From a virus (taxonomy: Duplodnaviria; Caudoviricetes): a DNA stretch of 64,000 nt. The stretch lies in IMG/VR virus record IMGVR_UViG_3300020577_009322, positions 1 through 64,000 of that record; one strand, 5' to 3'. The position numbers were made by a program, and so were the translations under genes. The notes under the pieces were generated by a model that was given only the letters and a program-made list of their open reading frames with translations, did no database searches and was not told the origin of the DNA. This document shows positions 1 through 7,754 of this stretch, piece by piece. The first letter of the stretch is position 1. Each line of letters begins with the position of its first letter.

Positions 1-495
1 ATGAATGCTGCTTCATTTTTAACAACAAACAACTCAAATATACTTGTTTCTGCATACTTAAATCCAGCAATTCCTCAGGCAAATGGTGCAGGTAATAATG
101 GACGTAATTTAATAATTACCTCTATGACAGTAGCTGCTCAAACAGTTACAACTGTTGTAGCTGGACAGACTGGTGGTATGGGCGGTCAGTGGTTTATGGC
201 TGTTGGTCAAACTGCTGTATCATTGGCAACGACTGATGCTGATGGTACTACAGCTTTAGCACAAAAAGCCCCACGTTTAATTGTTCACCCAAGAGCATTT
301 ACATTTGCTGCTAATGCTGCTGCAGGTACAATAGAAACGGGCTCAGGAGATTTTACTTTACAGTTTACTACACCGATTGTAGTACATCCTGGAGAATACG
401 TTGCAACAGGAATTAGGGAAACCCTAAATCCGTCAGTTGCTGCTACTTCTGGAGTGATTCAAGGTGGTGTTTATTTAAATGGATATTGGGAATAA
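1..495 (+). CDS. C-terminal part of a virion structural/tail-associated protein (probably 5'-truncated by the window edge)
   Basis: Ala/Gly/Thr-rich, beta-strand-like composition; lies just upstream of the lysis genes. Confidence 0.45.
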   Translation: MNAASFLTTNNSNILVSAYLNPAIPQANGAGNNGRNLIITSMTVAAQTVTTVVAGQTGGMGGQWFMAVGQTAVSLATTDADGTTALAQKAPRLIVHPRAFTFAANAAAGTIETGSGDFTLQFTTPIVVHPGEYVATGIRETLNPSVAATSGVIQGGVYLNGYWE

Positions 496-506
496 AAATG
501 TAAAAT

Positions 507-791
507 ATGTCTAATATAGAAGCAACCACAGAAAGTGAAAAAATTATACAGTTAGATGGAAAGATAGACAAGCTAGATAATAAAATAGATGAAGTTTGTA
601 GATCTATAGATAGAGCCGTAGAAGCTATTGAGAAGCTAGAAAGTACTCGTGTAAATGATCAAGAGGATAGAATAAATGCTTTAGAAACATGGAAACATGA
701 ATGGAGTGGGGTATACAAATTTCTAACAATTATAGGATTATTACTTGGTATTATATCAGTTATATTAACCATATATCTTAAACTTAAATAA
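507..791 (+). CDS. Holin/XhlA-like membrane protein (coiled coil plus C-terminal TM helix)
   Basis: Heptad IDKLDNKIDEV..., hydrophobic C-terminus FLTIIGLLLGIISVILTIYL; lysis cassette context. Confidence 0.55.
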   Translation: MSNIEATTESEKIIQLDGKIDKLDNKIDEVCRSIDRAVEAIEKLESTRVNDQEDRINALETWKHEWSGVYKFLTIIGLLLGIISVILTIYLKLK

Positions 792-1015
792 TGGAATATA
801 TAGCATTATATATTGAAACTGGACTATTATTGTTCTGTTCCTTAATAGTAATATGGACTAGCTTATCTATTACTAAATTTAAGCGTTTCATGAATAAGAG
901 AGACGAGATATATCTAAATAGAATTTTAAGTATAGAGACATTAGTAAAGAAGGAATTTAAAGATCTTCTTCATATATTAAAGAAACATCAAGATGACAGT
1001 AAGACAGTGGATTAG
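791..1015 (+). CDS. Small membrane protein of the lysis cassette
   Basis: N-terminal TM helix; coupled to both neighbours. Confidence 0.5.
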   Translation: MEYIALYIETGLLLFCSLIVIWTSLSITKFKRFMNKRDEIYLNRILSIETLVKKEFKDLLHILKKHQDDSKTVD

Positions 1016-1649
1016 TAAGAATTTTGTGGGATTATTAGCAATAATTATATTTCTAATATTTTTTCTATCTACTTGTGGAAAGGGTGGATATTTTTGGGGT
1101 AAGCAAGTACCAGATACAGTATCAGTAAAAACTAATACAATATATGTTCCACAACCCCCTGTTTATATACCTCAATATATACCACAACAAACATCATCAC
1201 AGGCCCCAATAATAATTCCTCCTCAATATCAACCTTCTGCAGATCAGAGTGAATTAATTAAACAGTATCAGGAGTTAGTTAACAAATTTCTTGCTCAAAA
1301 TAGATATAAAGACAGTATAATTCTAAAAGATTCTACAGGAAAGCAGGTAGGTAAGGTGGATTTAGATGACATAGTTAGTGAGAATAAAATAAAGAGTAGA
1401 TCACCATCCTATCAATTAACATTCCCTCACACAACAACAACTATTACCATTAAAGAACCATACAAACCAAAGTTGCAGGGGTATTTAGGGGCGGGATTAA
1501 GTGGAAATCAAACATCTCTAGTAAATGGTGTAGATATTTATGCTTTTTTAAAAACTAAGAGAGATAAAGTATATGGAATAAAAGCTAAAGTTGGATTTAA
1601 TGGAAAAATTGACTATGGTATATATGCAGCATTTAAATTAAAACTATAA
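993..1649 (+). CDS. Spanin-like protein
   Basis: N-terminal TM with lipobox-like FLSTC, Pro/Gln linker, C-terminal amphipathic beta strands; upstream of endolysin. Confidence 0.5.
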   Translation: MTVRQWISKNFVGLLAIIIFLIFFLSTCGKGGYFWGKQVPDTVSVKTNTIYVPQPPVYIPQYIPQQTSSQAPIIIPPQYQPSADQSELIKQYQELVNKFLAQNRYKDSIILKDSTGKQVGKVDLDDIVSENKIKSRSPSYQLTFPHTTTTITIKEPYKPKLQGYLGAGLSGNQTSLVNGVDIYAFLKTKRDKVYGIKAKVGFNGKIDYGIYAAFKLKL

Positions 1650-1652
1650 ATT

Positions 1653-2063
1653 ATGAAAAAGGCATTTAGATATATTGAGCATATCTGGTTAGGAACTGAT
1701 AACAAACCTTCTCTTAAGGCTGTGTTAGCTATAGCATTTTCAGTAAACTTTATGTATAATTTATCTCATGCTATATACAAATGGGATGCCGGTCACTCTA
1801 TGGAAGGATTATCTTTAGTTCTTGGTATAGAGGCTGGCCTTATTTTAGGTATGCTAGGTATTACAGCAATGGCAAATGTAGCTGCCCAAAAGATTGAAAG
1901 TCAAGCAGTTAATCCACCATCTTCTTCTATAAATATAGCCAGAGTAGGAACAGTATCTACAGGAACTACCAAAGCTAATGTTGTTAATGCTGAGCAGGTA
2001 GATACAGTTAACTCACAACAAACAAATATTAGTAAACAACAAATAGATAATCCAGATGCTTAA
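1653..2063 (+). CDS. Putative holin
   Basis: Two hydrophobic helices; overlaps the endolysin start. Confidence 0.5.
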   Translation: MKKAFRYIEHIWLGTDNKPSLKAVLAIAFSVNFMYNLSHAIYKWDAGHSMEGLSLVLGIEAGLILGMLGITAMANVAAQKIESQAVNPPSSSINIARVGTVSTGTTKANVVNAEQVDTVNSQQTNISKQQIDNPDA

Positions 2064-2508
2064 TCAAGATACAATTAATTTGGTAAAATCCTTTGAGGGA
2101 TTACGTTTAAATGCATATCCAGATCCCGCTACAGGAAATGAACCTTGGACTATAGGATATGGAACGACTGTATATAATGGTATACAAAAGGTAAAATCGG
2201 GAGATAAAATTACCCAGAAGCAAGCTGAAGAACTTCTATCTTATGACTTGAATACATTTAGTGAAAAAGTACGATCCTTAATAAAAAGAAATCTAACCGA
2301 AAATCAATTTGGTAGTCTCGTTTCTTTTTCGTATAATGTAGGTATAGGAAACTTTTCATCCTCTACACTCTTAAAGAAGGTAAATTTAAATCCCGGAGAT
2401 CCCTCTATTCCTTCAGAGTTTCTAAAATGGAATAAAGCCAATGGTAAGATAATGGCAGGTTTAACTAAAAGAAGAATAGCTGAAGCTGCTCTCTATACAA
2501 AAATATAA
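2056..2508 (+). CDS. Endolysin, GH24 phage lysozyme
   Basis: FEGLRLNAYPDP..WTIGYG, QFGSLVSFSYNVG, GLTKRRIAEAALY motifs. Confidence 0.95.
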   Translation: MLNQDTINLVKSFEGLRLNAYPDPATGNEPWTIGYGTTVYNGIQKVKSGDKITQKQAEELLSYDLNTFSEKVRSLIKRNLTENQFGSLVSFSYNVGIGNFSSSTLLKKVNLNPGDPSIPSEFLKWNKANGKIMAGLTKRRIAEAALYTKI

Positions 2509-2545
2509 CGTTTCTTGGGTTGACGATACAAATCCATGCTAAATT

Positions 2546-3226
2546 ATGAGAGATAATGGAATTAACAAAGGTCTAGTCCAGTTATTTGAAACTAGTGACA
2601 GACGTAACAAGCACGCTTTTTATGGTTTCAGAAAGATGTTCTGGAGCTATTTAAACAAAATGAATGTACCCTTTTATGATTCTTGCTGTTTAGAGGCAGG
2701 TGATCCTAACGGAGATGATATTTCTCCTGTACGTACATTTGGAGGAGCTCTACAAACATTAGTTGGTGGAGTTTGGACTAATTTTGACACAACTCCACCC
2801 AGTATATCAACTGATAGTATCAGTGAACAAACTGCTGGTAATGGTGTAAATATTGATGGGGCACTAATTAAGGACGGTGGTATTTCTGCAAACTCTATGT
2901 TTGCCGGGTTCTTTCCAACAACAGCTGCTCAAGCTCTTTCAGGAGCCGGTGCTGTTAATGTAACCTCATATCTTACCAAATATACCTCTACAGGTGGAGC
3001 TCAAGCTTTAACTTTAGCTGCAGGTACTCAAATTGGTCAGAGAAAGAAAGTTTCTCATGTAGTTGATGGTGGATCTGGTGTTCTTACTGCAACTTTTGTA
3101 GGTGGAACAACTATCACTTTTACTACAGTAGGTGAGTTTGCTGATCTGTTATGGAATGGAACAGCATGGGCGGTACTAGAATTAGGTAACACAGCGACTC
3201 CTGGTACACCTCCTGTATTAGCTTAA
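2546..3226 (+). CDS. Putative virion protein, paralog of 3252..3824
   Basis: C-terminal ~100 aa shared with the next ORF (QxLSGAGAxNxTSY...DGG.G.LT...TITF...NGTAW). Confidence 0.55.
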   Translation: MRDNGINKGLVQLFETSDRRNKHAFYGFRKMFWSYLNKMNVPFYDSCCLEAGDPNGDDISPVRTFGGALQTLVGGVWTNFDTTPPSISTDSISEQTAGNGVNIDGALIKDGGISANSMFAGFFPTTAAQALSGAGAVNVTSYLTKYTSTGGAQALTLAAGTQIGQRKKVSHVVDGGSGVLTATFVGGTTITFTTVGEFADLLWNGTAWAVLELGNTATPGTPPVLA

Positions 3227-3251
3227 TTACTTAACCCTTTAAAAATTAATT

Positions 3252-3824
3252 ATGTCAGTTTCACAATTTACCACCTCAGGTGGTTTACTATTGGATGGTG
3301 TTAATATATCTAGTGGTACAGTAGATTTAAATGGGACAGCAAATGCACTTATTTTAGATGCAGATGGTGATACTCATATATCTGCTCCAACCAATAATCA
3401 AATAGATATTTCTATTAATGGTGCAGATGATTTTACTATTACTAGTAACTCATTTAATGTATTAACCGGATCTACTATAGCTGGACCATCATCAACATTT
3501 GGTACGTTTATTCCTATTACTGCTCAGCAAACATTGTCAGGTGCAGGAGCAATAAATATTACCTCCTATTATACTGCTTGGACAACTACTGGTGCAAATG
3601 CTGCAACTTTAGCTGATGGAGTAGTAAAAGGCCAATTAAAGAAAATCCAGATGGTTGGTGATGGAGGAGATGGTACACTTACTCCTTCTAATTTATCAGG
3701 AGCAACAACAATTACCTTTGCTGATGCAGGTGATTATGTTATCTTATACTTTAATGGTACAGCCTGGATTATTATTGAGTCAGGAAATCATGCAGATGGT
3801 ATAAGTATGCCTGTAGCAGCCTAG
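3252..3824 (+). CDS. Putative virion protein, paralog of 2546..3226
   Basis: Shared C-terminal domain; Gly/Thr/Ala-rich. Confidence 0.55.
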   Translation: MSVSQFTTSGGLLLDGVNISSGTVDLNGTANALILDADGDTHISAPTNNQIDISINGADDFTITSNSFNVLTGSTIAGPSSTFGTFIPITAQQTLSGAGAINITSYYTAWTTTGANAATLADGVVKGQLKKIQMVGDGGDGTLTPSNLSGATTITFADAGDYVILYFNGTAWIIIESGNHADGISMPVAA

Positions 3825-3846
3825 CACCAGCTAAATGAAAAAAATA

Positions 3847-3880
3847 AAAGAGGACCAGCTAAAACAGCTGGCCCCTTTTT
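3847..3880. terminator. Bidirectional intrinsic terminator at the convergence of the + and - gene blocks
   Basis: Hairpin GGACCAGCT-aaaac-AGCTGGCCC flanked by A and T runs. Confidence 0.75.
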
Positions 3881-4161
3881 GTTTCTTCCCATTTGTATGA
3901 TAATCCATATAACATGTCAATCTCATCAAATTTATTCTCTATATTATTCTCTTTTAGTCTATTTTTAGCCCACTCTTTCCATTTAAGATATTCATTCTCT
4001 GTCTCAAATTTATAGTAATCATACCACATAACCTTTTTCTTCTTTACTTTAATTCCTTCTTTAGGTATATCCTTAAATAATACCTTTACTCCAATTATCT
4101 TAAACTGTTCGTTAATTATTTCGTCAATTAATTCTTCCATAAAAAGAAGGAAGCCCCTCAA
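3859..4161 (-). CDS. Hypothetical protein
   Basis: ORF in the gene-dense - strand block. Confidence 0.6.
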   Translation of the reverse strand: MRGFLLFMEELIDEIINEQFKIIGVKVLFKDIPKEGIKVKKKKVMWYDYYKFETENEYLKWKEWAKNRLKENNIENKFDEIDMLYGLSYKWEETKRGQLF

Positions 4162-4179
4162 TAAGGGGCTTCCTTTTTT
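4141..4179. terminator. Intrinsic terminator-like hairpin
   Basis: AAGGAAGCCCCT-caata-AGGGGCTTCCTT with flanking A/T runs. Confidence 0.65.
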
Positions 4180-4326
4180 GATATATTATTCAACCATTTC
4201 TCTATTTTTTCCTTTTCTTCTTCTTCCCATTCTATTTCTCTTATTCTTTCTTCAATCTCCCATAATGGAGTCTCTCTAATTACTTGCTCCTCTAATTTGA
4301 TAAATAGTTCCTTCATCTTTCCCATA

Positions 4327-4884
4327 CTAATCAGTTGAAAGTGTTTCAGAAGACTCTTTATAGAGAGAGCCGATCTCACCAATCTTCTTCAAATCATCGA
4401 TATTTAGTTCATACTCATCTGCAATGTACTCAATAGGAGACTTTCCCCCTAATAGCTCCATCTTCATATTTGGATGTAATGCAGCATAAATATGTGCTGG
4501 AACTTTATCTTTATTAAAAAGATGATATCTTTCAATTAGATTCTTGGCCTCTTTTGAGAATTTAGAATATTTTCCAGTGAGAAACATTTCTATATCTTTA
4601 GCCCATTCAGACATATCTAATATAAAAATACTTCTATTTCCAATATCATAATTCTCTAATAAGTAACCTCTTCGATCTAAAATAGGAAAAACGTTTCTTC
4701 TACAATACTGTTGAAAATCATCATAATTTTCATAAGTAAAAGACATTATTAACTTATAATCATTTATACTATATCCATTCCAAAATAGATGGCTTCTTAA
4801 TCCCCATTCACTGTCCTTTTTAATTCCAGTTAGCGGGAGTAAAAAAGCATCACTCCAATTCTCTCTCTTAAGTAACTGTATCAT
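4327..4884 (-). CDS. Conserved phage hypothetical protein
   Basis: 185-aa ORF with a GKYSKFS motif seen in Bacteroidota phage proteins. Confidence 0.6.
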   Translation of the reverse strand: MIQLLKRENWSDAFLLPLTGIKKDSEWGLRSHLFWNGYSINDYKLIMSFTYENYDDFQQYCRRNVFPILDRRGYLLENYDIGNRSIFILDMSEWAKDIEMFLTGKYSKFSKEAKNLIERYHLFNKDKVPAHIYAALHPNMKMELLGGKSPIEYIADEYELNIDDLKKIGEIGSLYKESSETLSTD

Positions 4885-4887
4885 GTC

Positions 4888-5256
4888 CTAGTCTTTTAAT
4901 TCGTCTTTCTCATGTAGAGATAATAAGTAATCTCTATATGCTTTTACTTTTGGACACTTTTCTATATCGTTAGTTTTTTTCTGATGAATATCCGGATGCA
5001 AGATAACTATATTTTTCTTAACCATTGCATATTCTGGATATGCCCTTTTATTCTTCTCAAGTACATGATCGTAACAGCATGAGTTTCCTCTAAAGATATA
5101 CCCAGGTAGAGCTCTGCCACTTTCAAAACAGTAGCAGGTACCTGTTTCATCCTCTCTTTCATCCCATATCTCTCTAAAAAGCTGATGTAATTTTTTAGTT
5201 GTTTCCGCTTTTTCTTTATTTTTAATCTGTTGTTCTTCACTTACTTTTCTTATCAT
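4888..5256 (-). CDS. HNH-like nuclease
   Basis: CxCxxSG...DH.LEK...N...LH..H pattern. Confidence 0.5.
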   Translation of the reverse strand: MIRKVSEEQQIKNKEKAETTKKLHQLFREIWDEREDETGTCYCFESGRALPGYIFRGNSCCYDHVLEKNKRAYPEYAMVKKNIVILHPDIHQKKTNDIEKCPKVKAYRDYLLSLHEKDELKD

Positions 5257-5395
5257 ATTTTCTGCATTGCCGATGTCAATGTACAGGAAGTAGATGTTCC
5301 TAATGAACGGTAATTGACATTAGTATTTTCATATATTCCTCTACCTCTTTTATTCCATGACGTCTCACTAGTCATCGGTTTGTCTGTGAGACAAC

Positions 5396-5623
5396 TTAAA
5401 AAGGGCGGATTATAATTTCAACGTCATCAGGATAGACGGCAAACTCATCTGGAATAAGACGTGTTACCTTAAAGGCCACTTCCTTTTCGTCTTTAGCTAA
5501 AATCACAGTTGGATCCAAAATTAATTTGGCATCTTTATAAATTCTTCCTGCTACTGGTTCTCCTTCTTTTGCAGGTTGGTACTCATGCAGTATGACTGCG
5601 TACTGAAATAATTGTTTCTTCAT
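5396..5623 (-). CDS. Small protein ending RPF at a slippery site; -1 frameshift extension to 5253
   Basis: C CCT TTT TAA end; -1 frame open for 48 codons to a TGA overlapping the next ATG. Confidence 0.7.
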   Translation of the reverse strand: MKKQLFQYAVILHEYQPAKEGEPVAGRIYKDAKLILDPTVILAKDEKEVAFKVTRLIPDEFAVYPDDVEIIIRPF

Positions 5624-5634
5624 ATTCTTCTATT

Positions 5635-5961
5635 TTATCTGTTATCACCTGAACCACTAAGAACATTTCTGTCTTGACGATCCTTTAATTTAGCTAAGTT
5701 TCTCTTAGCTACTTCTGTTAAATCAAAATTTAAATCTTTTGCTAGTGCAGCTAGAGCCCACATTACATCTCCCATCTCATCCATGATAGGTTTAAGTAAT
5801 TCTTCAGAAAACTCTCCATTCTCATCTCTTAAGATCTTTCCTATCTTTCCTGCTACTTCTCCTGCTTCACTTGCTAATAGGAGTGATGTATATATAATTT
5901 TGGCTTGCTCTGGATATATGGCTGTTTTCATAGCCATTTCTTGATATGTACTAATTTCCAT
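5635..5961 (-). CDS. mazG: MazG-like nucleotide pyrophosphohydrolase
   Basis: LASEAGEV...DEMGDVMW...N.AKL.DR motifs. Confidence 0.9.
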   Translation of the reverse strand: MEISTYQEMAMKTAIYPEQAKIIYTSLLLASEAGEVAGKIGKILRDENGEFSEELLKPIMDEMGDVMWALAALAKDLNFDLTEVAKRNLAKLKDRQDRNVLSGSGDNR

Positions 5962-7030
5962 CTTCTGTTTTTACTTTTTCTAATTCTTCCTCACTTAATG
6001 TCAAAGGTACATAAGTTTGTTTAATTTTCTCTTTTATTTCTGCAAATATTTCAGGATTATCTTTTAAATAAGATATAGCCTCTACTTTTCCCTGACCAAT
6101 ACTTACATTATTATAATAGAAATAACTACCTGATTTTGTAATTATATCATAATCTGTAGCCATTCTTAGTAACTCATCTTCAGCATATATACCCTCACCA
6201 TACTTTATATTGAACTCGCATTTCTTAAATGGAGGAGCTAGCTTATTTTTCTTTACAGTTACTGTAGTTTGATTACCTACCTTTTCACCATCTTGCATTA
6301 CACTATTATCAACTGTTAATGATCTTCTAATATCTAATCTTATAGATGCATAGAATTTCAGCGCATTACCACCGGTGGTGGTTTCGGGGTTACCGAACAT
6401 TACACCGATCTTCTCACGCAGCTGGTTGATGAAAATTACAATAGTGTTTGTACGACTTATCGAAGCACATATTTTTCTCATTGCTTGACTCATTAGACGA
6501 GCCTGACTAGCCATTACAGCACTTCCTGATTGACCTTCTAATTCAGCTTTAGGTACAATTGCTGCTACACTATCTATTACAACTACATCATAATCACCAC
6601 TTTCTATTACAGCCTGTGTAATATCTAAAGCCTGTTCACCCCAGTCAGGTTGACTAATATCTAATCTATCTAGATCTACTCCTAGTTTTTCAGCATAATC
6701 TGTAGCTATAGCGTGTTCTATATCAATAAAGGCACATAAAGAATCTTTATTTAAATGAGCTTTTGCTATTACTTCTAAGGCTAGAGTAGTTTTACCAGAA
6801 CTTTCTGGACCGTACATCTCTACTATTCTTCCTCTTGGAAGACCTCCGATACCTAAAGCCATATCTAGTCCAATCGAACCTGTTTCAATGACATCACAGT
6901 ATTTAGCCTTCTCATTAGCACCCATGATAGAACCTTTACCAAAATCCTTCTCCATCTTCTTATGAAGAGCTATTCTTCTTTCTTCCTTTATCTCTGATTT
7001 AGCCTCGACTTTCTTCTCTTTTTTTGCCAT
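5951..7030 (-). CDS. recA: RecA recombinase
   Basis: GPESSGKTT, VVIDSVAA, INQLREKIGVMFGNPETTTGGNALKFYASIRLDIR; start moved to ATG 7030, downstream of the promoter. Confidence 0.97.
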   Translation of the reverse strand: MAKKEKKVEAKSEIKEERRIALHKKMEKDFGKGSIMGANEKAKYCDVIETGSIGLDMALGIGGLPRGRIVEMYGPESSGKTTLALEVIAKAHLNKDSLCAFIDIEHAIATDYAEKLGVDLDRLDISQPDWGEQALDITQAVIESGDYDVVVIDSVAAIVPKAELEGQSGSAVMASQARLMSQAMRKICASISRTNTIVIFINQLREKIGVMFGNPETTTGGNALKFYASIRLDIRRSLTVDNSVMQDGEKVGNQTTVTVKKNKLAPPFKKCEFNIKYGEGIYAEDELLRMATDYDIITKSGSYFYYNNVSIGQGKVEAISYLKDNPEIFAEIKEKIKQTYVPLTLSEEELEKVKTEDGN

Positions 7031-7051
7031 ATTTTCTTCTGTTTTGTCCAT

Positions 7052-7059
7052 CAAAGATA
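7052..7059 (-). promoter_or_regulatory. Bacteroidota-type -7 promoter element TATCTTTG for recA
   Basis: Matches TAnnTTTG; same element in similar context at 12288, 35923 and 58455. Confidence 0.7.
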
Positions 7060-7071
7060 CGAATTATTTTT

Positions 7072-7304
7072 CTAATAATCTATATCAATTAATATTTCTT
7101 CCCCTTCTTTTACTTCTGGATAAGTTTTCAGGATCCAATCATCAAATTCCCATTTATCGGCATATTTTTCTCTTTCTCTGAAAGGAGTTATTTTCCAAGG
7201 AATATAGCAATCAGGATGAGTTTCATCAAATCTACTAACCCGCCCTGATATTTCCTCAGGAATTTCACAATAACTAATTACTTTTTTGTTATTTCTCTTA
7301 TCAT
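7072..7304 (-). pseudogene. ~77-aa gene needing a -1 shift at A AAA AAG (not in the ORF track)
   Basis: MIREITKK* then -1 frame VISYCEIPEE...ILIDIDY*. Confidence 0.55.
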
Positions 7305-7732
7305 TCTATTAATTTATTAATACAACCACTTATTAAGTAATATTCATTTAGACACTTATATATTGTTTCTAACTCTATCCAAGCTGCTCTATAGTCATCA
7401 TAATCACCATAATAACCACGATAACTACCTGCATCTTCTTCAATCACCATAGTTTGTATATGATTAATAATTGATTCATCGGTAATTTCATAATGAGATA
7501 GTACTAAACTTAAAGCTTCAAATGGTGGCTTATCGTAAATATATTCCTCATTTATAGTATCTTCATCATCCCAACAACTTCCACCTCTTCCTGCAGAATT
7601 CCACCTCATAAAACATACTTCTCCTTTAATAGAAGTAGGTATATAAGTCGGTTGTACAAAGATACCTTAATCCCATGAACTTGACACTTTTTTATTTATA
7701 CTCTCTATATCTTTTTTGGTTAACTTTTTCAT
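7301..7732 (-). pseudogene. Hypothetical gene with in-frame TAA at codon 22
   Basis: ATG 7732 is in frame with the 7301..7609 ORF; single stop at 7667-7669. Confidence 0.6.
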
Positions 7733-7754
7733 TTCTTTTTGACTTTTCTCTTTA

